64,000 nt of DNA, taken from contig JBHGNT010000002.1 in assembly GCA_043228905.1 (NCBI GenBank), positions 5,394,001-5,458,000 of the forward strand. The letters run 5' to 3'. This DNA comes from Azolla caroliniana (lineage: Eukaryota; Plantae; Polypodiophyta). Each line of letters starts with the position of its first letter. Within the stretch, counting starts at the first letter, position 1. Positions 12,173 through 22,000 of this stretch are shown piece after piece. The notes beneath the pieces were generated by a model. The model searched no databases. It worked only from the letters and a program-made list of their open reading frames with translations, and had not been told where the DNA came from. Position numbers and translations under genes: made by a program.

Positions 12173-15100
12173 GGGAGGTCGATCTACTCGGTTGGAGATC
12201 TGTACTCATGGTACGATTAGTTCCAACTAGTCGTAGAGAGTAGGGATGTCATGACAATGCGAACTCCTCTCGGCCTAGTTCAGATGTGTACCCTACCGCA
12301 AGGCAGAACTAACTCGATGGCGCACATGGTGAATGCGATGAACAAGGTGTTGAGGGACTGCATCCCGAACATCACCATGCCATTTCTGGACGACATCCCG
12401 ATCAAAGGATGTCTGGTGGAGGCCAAGGACGAGTCGATCAGGCCCGACGGTTGCCGGAGGTTCGCGACGGACCACATCCGCAACTGCAAGAAGGTGCTAC
12501 AAAGACTCGGGAGAGCGCGGCTCACCTTCTCTGGAGAAAAATCAGCCTTCGAACAGCCGGAGATCCTGGTAGTCGAACACCTGTGCGGGCCTTACGGCCC
12601 GAAGCCGTCCTCGGCGAAGGTAGAAGCCATCTCCACGATGAAGGATGATTGCGGGTCGGTCACGGAGGTCCGAAGGATCCTGGGGGCATGTGCGTTCTAT
12701 CACATTTGGATTCCGCACTACGCGCATGTCGCGGAACCGCTTTACGGGTTATTAAAGAAAGGGCGCCGATTTGAATGGAGGACGGAGCACATGAAGTCGG
12801 TCCAGAGACTGAAGGAGGCGTTCGCCACGGCATTGGTTCTCCGGAAAACAGTTAACGGCAAGGAAGTCCCCATTTACGTGACGATGGACACGAGCCCGAC
12901 TAGGATCAAGTGGGTGGTCAATCAGGAAGACGAAGACGGCGCGTACGATTCCCGATCCAGTTCGGGGCAAAGGTATTGAGCGAGCGGCAGCGAGGATACG
13001 CCCAAATCAAGTGCGAGCTATGGGGTATCGTTTCGGCAGTCAAGGCCGACAAGGACTATCTGATCGGGACGGAAGTGATCATCGAGACAAACTGCCTACC
13101 GATTCTGGGTATGGTTTTCAGATGCGCGACTCCGAACCTGGCGATGCTCAGGTGGATCGCGTATATCAAGTCCCTGAACCCGGAGATACAGCACATCTCT
13201 GAAAAGGATAATACCATGGCTGATATGCTTTCAAGGGCGCGGTTCAGCGACGAGGACGGCATGGTTTCGGATAACGAAGAAGTCGACGAGGACTTCTTCG
13301 AGTCAGCTAACGTAACAACAAGAAAGGGGAGCACTCCAGCGCTTAATGAATTCGACAAGAGCAAGTATGACAAGGGAGTGGCTCCAGATCGGCGGGTTCC
13401 TAAAGACAATCACACCGGACACGGCGTGGACGAAGGAAGAGACTAACCGGATTCGGAAGAAAGTGTACTGATTCTTCCTACGGGACGGGAGCATATGGAA
13501 GCACCCGAAGAAGAGAAACGACATCCCGCTCCAAGTGGTGGCGAAGAAAGAGGAACGGGAAGAATTGCTGACGGCATACCACGAGAGTCCCTGGGCCGGA
13601 CACCACAGGACATGGGCCACATTCGAGAAGCTAAAGGGGAAGTACTGGTGGCCGGGACTATATCGGGACGTGCATCGGTTCGTGACGACTTGTGAAAACT
13701 GTCAGGTGCACTCCATAGTCCGACATCAGGACGAGCTTCACCCGACCTACCCTCCGACCGTCCACTTCAAGTGGATGGTGGATCTGGTGACGATGCCGAT
13801 GGGGGTAGGGCAGATGCAGTATCTGGTGCTGGCTCGGGAGGACTTGACGAACTAGGTGGAAGGCCGAGCGTTGCAGAACCAAACGACTGCGGCCGTGTGC
13901 CAATTTTTGATCGAAGAAGTGGTATGTCGGTACGGGTGCGTAGGTAAGATCGTGGCCGACCGCGGAGAATTGGACGTGCAAGAGGCGGAAGAGTTGTTTG
14001 ACCGGCTAGGGATTACACTCTCGCTCACCACAACGTACAATCCGGAGGCTAATGGGAAGGTGGAACGCGGACACGGACCGATCGTCAAAGCGTTGGTACG
14101 GGCGTGTGGAGATCAAGTCGGGAAGTGGTCGCGGCTCTTACCCTATGTGTTGTGGGCGGACCAAACTACGCACTATTCGGTAACCAGGTTCATGCCGGTG
14201 GAGCTAATGTACGGGCAGAAGCCGATCATGCCAAAGGAGCAAACAATCTCCTCATGGGCCACGGTGGACTGGAAAGACGAGATGAGCCGGGAGGAGCTAT
14301 TAGCGGCACGGATTTGGCAGCTGGAGCGAAGACCGGAGGACGTGGACCGAGTTGCGGAGAAGCTACAGGTGGCGAGGGTAAAGAACAAAGGACGATTCGA
14401 TCGGACTCACCGACTGAGACCGAAGAAGATCGAGGAAGGCGACTGGGTTCTAGTGTATGACAGCAGCCTCGACAACCAGCACAGGGCAATGCGGAAGTTA
14501 GCAAGAAGGTGGTTCGGGCCTTATGTGGTGACAAGCGCCAACGACAATGGGACCTACCATCTCGCGAAGCTCGACGGAACAAGGATGGTGGTACCAATGG
14601 CAGGGAAAAGGATCAAAGCATTCAAAAAGCGGCACGAGGCTGAACCCAACCCGGACGACCTGGATAGCGACAACGACCGGCTCGGAACGAATGTCGATCC
14701 GGAAGACGAAGGATAAGCGTGGGTCGGTCTTCTCCGGCAAGAGTCTAATTTGGCGCATACCGGTGGATGCGCTGTCGTAAAGAATTTCGGCCAGAGGCGG
14801 AAACCGGGAAATATTGGCTACATCGACGGGGTGCAACATGTGCGATCACCCTTGTACATTTAGTGTGAATAGTAGGAGTCGGGATAGAGAATCCCATGTA
14901 AGTCGGGATTTATCCCACATTGTAGCGCATCTCCCTCCTTGTTCTATAAAAGGAAGGGAGCGCCTCTTGTGAGAGGGTTGCCCATTTTGAGTTGTAAGGG
15001 TATACCATTTTGTGCTTCGTTTCTAGGGTTAGTGACTCTCTTTTTCTTTCCTCTACTCCTTCTCCTTCTCGACAACTCGAGCGGCAGCTATGGCGGGAAA

Positions 15101-15337
15101 GCTATTAGGTTAACTCTTCTTCTTCTGTGCGTAGCCGGCTCGCGGTTGGGGTGGTATCTCTCCCTGTTGTAGGTTGCTTTTGCTTGGCCTCCTGTGCAAG
15201 ACCCCGCTCAGCGCGATGAGCCCAAGAGCTCCCTGACGGCGGCTTGGCGGCAGACTGCCGTTGCGACCTAGCCTACCTCAGTCCGAGTCGGAGTAAGAGT
15301 TGTAACTCACTCTTGTAATCATATATATTTATATATA

Positions 15338-16151
15338 TGTTGGGAGACAGGTCCCTCCGGATGGGAAGGGAGAAGATCAGTGCCGATGAACAAACTCGGC
15401 CGAGGCCCGGTATGAACCGGATGGTGCAGGCCCGGTATGAACCAGATGAGGAGTACCCGGCTACGGAGAACCGGATGGTGCAGGCCCGGTATGAACCGGA
15501 TGAGGAGTACCCGGCTACGGAGAGCCGGATGGTGCAGGCCTGGTATGAACCGGATGAGGAGTACCCGGCTACGGAGAGCCGGATGGTGCAGGCCCGGTAT
15601 GAACCGGATGAGGAGTACCTGGCTACGGAGAGCCGGATGAGGAGCACCCGGCTACGAAGAGCCGGATGGTGCAGACCCGGTATGAACCGGAGGAAGAGAC
15701 ATATTCGTAAATATTTTTCTGAGAGCCCATTGTGGCTATATTTGTAAATAGCCAAAAAGTCATATTAGTATAAATATGACTTAGGGCAAACTAATATTAT
15801 GTTGTCGTTATTTTTCTTGTTGGTGCAAGAAGCAGAGACAGTACGTAACGTTGTACAGAGAGAGAGAGAGAGAAAGAGGTCGCTGCCTCTGTTGTAACCG
15901 CCGCCTGTGGCGAAGATCGTGAGTCTGAGGTCGTTGCCTCCGTGAACTCACTGTTTTGTACATTCTTACATAGTGACAGTTTGCAGCCTGTGGGCTGCCG
16001 TGGTTTTTCCCCTAGTTTGGAGTTTTCCACGTAAACCTCTTGTGTATCTTCCTCTCCTTTGTGTCGTGTTTTTCGTTTCCTGTTTTCTGTGTATGAAAAG
16101 AATCTCGGTTGTGGCTGAGCGTTGCGCATAAGGAACGACAAGTTCCTGTCA
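15338..16151 (+). mobile_element. Copia-1-family solo LTR inserted in the G2 5' LTR
   Basis: TGTTGGGA...TGTCA; TSD ATATA on both sides; clear similarity to the reverse complement of 3590-4190. Confidence 0.88.
15407..15690 (+). repeat. 54-bp tandem repeat, about 4-5 copies, in the U3 of the solo LTR
   Basis: CCCGGTATGAACCGGATGAGGAGTACCCGGCTACGGAGAGCCGGATGGTGCAGG-like units start at 15431, 15485, 15539 and 15593. Confidence 0.95.
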
Positions 16152-16448
16152 ATATATACAGGGTTGTGCATATTTGTGTCTCTGTCAGTGTCGGGTGCTT
16201 TCCCTTCCCTATGTTTCCTGTACATAAGAGGTGTGTGTTGTGTCGGTGTTGCGCGCGTGTTCTCTCCCTCTCTTCCTCTCTCGCGTTTGGTAGCCACCGG
16301 TACGCGTCTAGAATCGCTCCGGTTCGCACCACCACCAGTGCAGCCGAGACCGGAGAGAAGTCGGCTTCCTACGCTCTGTCACTCCCTAGTCCAAGACCCT
16401 CGTGGTCCCGCCCCTTCTATACGCACGCATGTAACATCGTGACATATT

Positions 16449-16465
16449 TGGTGAACCCGACGTGA
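16449..16465 (+). promoter_or_regulatory. Primer binding site complementary to tRNA-Trp 3' end
   Basis: TGGTGAACCCGACGTGA is the reverse complement of TCACGTCGGGTTCACCA. An identical copy occurs at 63835-63851. Confidence 0.8.
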
Positions 16466-16481
16466 AGGGCGGCAAGGGAGG

Positions 16482-17153
16482 ATGGAGTTCGAAGAAGACA
16501 ACTTCGCGCAACTTTTTGTCGAAGCGGTGAGGGAGTTTGGACGAGCAACAGCAAGAAGAGAGACAGCGCAGCAAGCTGTCGAATGCGTGGTCGAAAGAGT
16601 CGGCCGGTTCAACGGGGACAAAGGCCCATTCTACTTGGAAGCCTACAACGCCGAAATGGAGGAGCGAGACGTAGTCGAGGCGTTGAGGCTGGAGTTCTTC
16701 TGTCGGGTCGTCGTTGTCCGTATGCACGCGGAGGTGAAGGAGCTCCGAGAAGCTCATAGTTCGTGGGAGGCCTTTGAAGAGGTGCTCCTGCAGGCATATG
16801 GAGGACGGCGGAAGAGCCGGGGACAACGCGACTTTGACCAGTGGGTTGCATCGGCGAAGACCCACCGGGGCGCAATGAAGGCGTTCCGAGAGTACGAGCG
16901 GCGGCTTGCTCGGCTCCCGGAGCGGGAACAAGGTTTGGTGGGGGCGGACAAAGTCCTATTGTTCGTCAGGTTGATCGACCGAGCGGAACGGGAGGCCATC
17001 GAGATTGAGCTCGAAGACAATGACGGAGCGAATGGGCTTACGGAGGACTGGTCGAAGGTCAGAAGGGTGTGCCAATGGCTAGATGACAAGCGATGGCAGA
17101 AGATCGGTACGACGATACCACGGGAGAGGGTGCGGAACAAAACGCCCTCTTGA
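16482..17153 (+). CDS. G2 Gag capsid-like protein (223 aa, probably truncated)
   Basis: The ORF starts just after the PBS and contains VGRFNG...YL..Y and SWEAFEEVLL..Y gag motifs. Confidence 0.75.
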   Translation: MEFEEDNFAQLFVEAVREFGRATARRETAQQAVECVVERVGRFNGDKGPFYLEAYNAEMEERDVVEALRLEFFCRVVVVRMHAEVKELREAHSSWEAFEEVLLQAYGGRRKSRGQRDFDQWVASAKTHRGAMKAFREYERRLARLPEREQGLVGADKVLLFVRLIDRAEREAIEIELEDNDGANGLTEDWSKVRRVCQWLDDKRWQKIGTTIPRERVRNKTPS

Positions 17154-19041
17154 CTTGCGGAGATAGAACGGCCGAGGACGAGGCCGAGATACCGATCGCG
17201 GAATCGGAACTTTGGGACCAGCGGTTTCGGGCGTGTCAGCCCGAAACCCCGGACATTGGAGAAGCAAGCCCAGGCGGGGCTTGCGTGATCGGTAAGGAGA
17301 TGAACGCCGACCATGAAGAGCTAGTGGCTATGGACAAGGGCGTAAAACGGACGGACGACTCTTCGCGTCTTCCCACGCTTGCTCCCGAGACGACGATAGT
17401 CGGGCCCGAGTGCCCACATGAGTCCCAAGAGGAGGAAGGCGGCGGCGTGAGACCAAGAATCACCGGCGAGACGATACGGGGAAGGAGCGGACGAAAACCC
17501 TCAGACCCGATTCCGGAGAACTCAGCATTCGGGCCCTTATGCCCATGTGAGACCGAGGAGATGGATGATGGTATTGAGGAGTCCTGGCACGATGCCAACG
17601 AAGATGGATGGGAGATGGCCCGCGAAAAGGTTGAAGAAGAGACCAAGAAACGACCCAACCGGGGACCGAACCGTGCGACGCTCCGATACGGGTGGAGCAT
17701 AATCCGGTTGTGGATTGTTCGATCGGGGCCAGAATCGGCATGAAGGTGCCGATACGGGAGAGGGTGCGGAACGAGCCGCCCTCTTTTACATGGGGGGAAA
17801 GACCGACCGGGCGAAGGTCAGGAATTGGAAGGAAGGTGATCAAAGGTTCGGAATGAGTCTGGCAAGGTCGGCATCGGAGCCGAAACTCCGGACATTGGAG
17901 AATCAAGCCCAGGTGGGGTTTGATTGATCACAGAGCGGATGCTATCCACCGACACCACTAAAAGGGGCGGTTGCCCGGACGAGTCGCCGAAAGACGTTGC
18001 GAAATCGGTTACCCCACGTCCTATCCGGAGATTTCGGCAGTTCAGTCGACGTCGCAACGTGAGACCAAAAGAGATTGAAGATGGAGGTGGGAATGCAGCA
18101 AGGAGCGCGACGACGAGTTCGGGAGAAGTACAGCGGATGAAGAGGAGAACGAAGACCGGTCCTACGGAGACCTTCACACCGATCCGGTTGTCGGCCCGAG
18201 TGCCGGCGTGAGTCCTATAGGAGAGATCGGTGGCAACAAGAGAACGGGACCCAGCGATCCAGAGAACCGGGCGGAGCGGACTCTCAGATAACCATTCCGG
18301 GAGGGAGGAAGAGAGCAGGCCTACGAAGAGGCCGAGGACACGGTACGTCGGTACCACGGGAGAGGGTGTGGAGCGAGCCACCCTCTCGACTTGCGGACGA
18401 AGACAACCCGGGATAAGGGTCTGGGTTACAACAAGCTCGAGGAGGATCCTTCACAACGGTTCTACAGACTCCGGCGGTCGGCCCGAGAGCCGGCGTGAGA
18501 CCTAGAGTGACGATCGGTGGCGGCGAGGGAACAAAGGCAAAGAACTACAAATGGGCGGTCTACAGAGATCCTCACACCGATCCAGCTGTCGGCCCGAGTG
18601 CCGACGTGAGTCCTATAGGAAAGGACGGTGGTAGCAGGTGAACGTGACGATGGCGAGCGGAAGGCTCCAAATGTCATGAACACATGACCATTATGGCGTC
18701 ACCCGGACTTGAACCTTGAACCTTGTAATCCATACTTGAAAACCTCAACCATTAAGATAGCTTATTGTTATATGAAACAATAAAAGCTACTTCTTATATT
18801 ACATTGATTATTGTAAAACCTCTAGATTATTCTAGAATTTCTAGAATGTCCTACAGCATTCTAGGTCTAGAACATTCTAGAACATTCTAGAAATCTCTAA
18901 GCTATTCTATAGGAACCTATAAATAAGGGCATACATGTATTCTCAAATCAATTCGAATCAAACTGTTAGAACCAAGGATAAAAGATAGAGTGATGGAAGA
19001 AGGATATTAGAGAACACGAGAAGAAAGGAACAAAATACTAG

Positions 19042-22000
19042 TGTCATGATAACACTCACATCATGCATCGAAAGGATCATGACACTCACATTATGACTCG
19101 AAAGGATTTGAACCCAAAACCTTGTTGTATACATGTCGAATCCTTAACCATTGTATTAATATTCTTATATGTATAGTCTCTAGAATATGAAATCTAATAT
19201 CATAGGAATATTCTATATTACTCTACATTCTAGAATGACCTAGAATATTCTAGAGTGTTCTATACCACTAGAACCTTCTAGAATACTCTAGAGATCTTCT
19301 AGATTACTCTACATTCTAGGATAACCTAAAATATTCTAGAGTGTTCTCTATTACTTATAAATAGGGATCTACCACCCATACCAAACCTAAATTGGTTCAA
19401 CGCCATTTTGTAGCCTACTCTTTGTAATCCATTTTACGCTTCAATATAATCATTCTCTTCAATTATCTCTCTATCTCTTTTTCTCTCTTTTTCTCTCTTT
19501 CTCTCTCTCAGTGTTGACAGTTTGAACCAATTTATTTCCTTTCATCTCTTCGTCTTCCACAAATCCTAACAAGTTCTCTTCTTCCTTCTCCTCTCCTCTC
19601 GTAAGCTATGGAGTCCGTGAGCAAACAAGAATACATGCGTGTTCTTTCTGAGCTCGACATGCTCACAAATAAATTTGTGGCATTAGAGCATGAGAATCAA
19701 AGGCTACTTGGAGATCTACAACACGTGAGTGCCGAAAAAGCTCAACAATATGAAGAGTTATCACAGCAGGTTCATCAACTCAAGGCAACTATATTGTCAT
19801 TATGTGAGCGAGTGTCGGGGGCTCAGAACTCCCCTAGAGAGCCAAAGATCAACCTCCCTGCCAAGTTTGATGGTACGAGGTCTTTATTTCGAGGCTTTTT
19901 GAATCAAGTTCGTCTAGTTATTCAGCTACATCCCAATCGGTATCCAACTGATGCTGCTCGTGTGGGATTAGTGGGAACTTTGCTATGCGGTACGGCATTA
20001 GTATGGTTCGCACCACTTCTCGAGAAGAAATCACCAACAGCTAGTTTCAAGCTAGTTTCGGAGACACCGACAGCACTAGGATAGCGATAAACAAGATTCG
20101 AAGGCTCCGACTAGGAGATCGTCCCGCGTCGTCTTATGCAGCCGATTTCCGTCTCTTGGCATGCGATATCCCCTGGGATGAGGCAGCTTTAATGGATCAA
20201 TTCCGTCAAGGTTTGAGAAATGATGTCAAAGATCTTCTTCTTACTTTCCCTGAAGATCCTCAGTCACTTATAGAAGCCATTAGTCAAGTTGTGCGATGTG
20301 ATAATCGCCTATTTGAGTGACTTTCTGAGCGCCAACAAATGTTACGCCGCCAACCTGAGCAGACTTACACTTCCGTAGTTGCAATGCCTCCACAAGTTTC
20401 TAGACCCATTACAAGGGATGGCCCAACTCCGATGGAAATAGAGTCAACACAACGTCGTGGGCCGTTATCAGATGCTGAGAAGCAACGGCGTCGAGCGCAT
20501 CGCCTCAGCCTGTATTGTGGCGGTCCAGGACATATAGCTGTAAATTGTCCACATAAACCTAGGCGTCAAGTATACCAAGTAAGTGCCCATGAAAACCCTA
20601 CATCGAGTTCTATTGTTACTTCTAATAACATAAATAAGCCTCATAGTCCATGCCATGAGAATAGATTCGATGTCTTGAGTCAATTAGAGGATGTGTAAAC
20701 GGGTAAGTCCGGCCAAAATAGGAGCCATTTGGCTGGACCATCCTAGCTATGTAGAGTTAGTTCCTAGTCGTGGTTCCATTTCATCAAATCAAGTGAGTCA
20801 AGTTTTTTCAGCACAAGTCGAGCTTACCACATCTACATGTCATCGAGTCCTAGCCTCTGCCCTTCTAGATTCTGGAGCCAACTCTTGTTTCATGGATCGT
20901 GAATTTGCCTTGTCACAAAACATCCTCTTGAATAAGCTTCCCAACCCAGTAGCCGTAGGAGTCATTGATGGAGGTCCCATAGCATCAGGAGATATAGTCG
21001 AGGAGTCCGAGCCAATTAGGATAGTTCTTGGCATTTTGGCAAGCATAATCTCTTTCAACATTATTCGTAGTCCGGAATACCCAATAGTTCTAGGTCTCCC
21101 CTGGTTTGAACTCCATAACCCGAAGATTGATTGGATGAAAAGAACAATTGAGGAGACCCGGGAAAAAAGCACAAACCCTGCATCCCTCTCTCCTACATGT
21201 GATAATAGATCCCCGGAGTTATCACCCATCTCTTTACGATAGTTGCGGGAGGAAGGGAGGAACGAGGCCATGTTTGTCTTAACAATAATAGCAACTCCAT
21301 CATCCACTTCACGTGAGGTGGATATTAAACTACCAGAGAAATACAAGGAGTTTTCAGATGTCTTTGATAAGGTGAAGGCCAATACATTGCGGGAGCATCG
21401 GCCATACGACTGCCCTATTGACTTACAACCAGGGAAAGAACCTCCATGGGGCCACCTTTATAATCTCTCCCCTATAGAGCTAGAAACTTTGCGGGAATAT
21501 ATTGATGAGAATCTGGCAAACGGATTCATTCGGCATTCTAGATCCCCTGCTAGTGCACCTATCTTCTTCGTTAAGAAGAAGAATGGGACTCTTCGGTTGG
21601 TCGTGGATTATTGAGGGCTAAACAAAGTGACTATCCGGAATAGATATGCTCTACCATTAATCCCGAATCTTTTGGAACGTCTCAGTGGTGCAAAATATTT
21701 CACGAAGTTGGACCTTCGTGGAGCATATAATCTAGTTCGAATTCGCTCGGGGGATGAATGGAAGACAGCTTTCCACACTCGCTATGGACATTTTGAGTAT
21801 ACAATGATGCCATTCGGTCTCACGAATGCACCTGCTGTTTTCCAACATATGGCGAACAATATTTTTCGAGATTTTCTTGATATCTTCACTATAGTTTACC
21901 TAGATGATATTTTAATCTACTCAAAGACCCAAGAGGAGCATGATGAACATGTTCGTCAGGTACTGCGTCGACTCCGAGAATATGGTCTCTACGCAAAATT

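Larger units (their letters stand above)
5834..14716 (+). pseudogene. G1 protease-RT-RNaseH-integrase, with stops and frameshifts, split by Copia-2
   Basis: ORFs 5720-6283, 6505-6921, 12251-12979, 12910-13446, 13535-13855, 13856-14716. The RT reads EAFKG|RSIYSVGDLYS across the Copia-2 insertion. Confidence 0.9.

Noticed and set aside
15407-15690. CRISPR-like regular repeat
   Set aside because: Head-to-tail units with no unique spacers, in a eukaryotic LTR context.
15337-15755. ORFs with 18-aa repeats (RMVQARYEPDEEYPATES) on both strands
   Set aside because: By-product of the 54-bp tandem repeat inside a solo LTR; no evidence of a protein.
14773-16444. Shared middle LTR of a tandem three-LTR element
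   Set aside because: G1's PPT and true 3' LTR resume at 31534 with a TSD, so this is a nested insertion.
17093-18505. Possible env-like or extra ORFs in G2
   Set aside because: Short ORFs in shifting frames over repeated GC-rich DNA; no transmembrane or recognisable domain.
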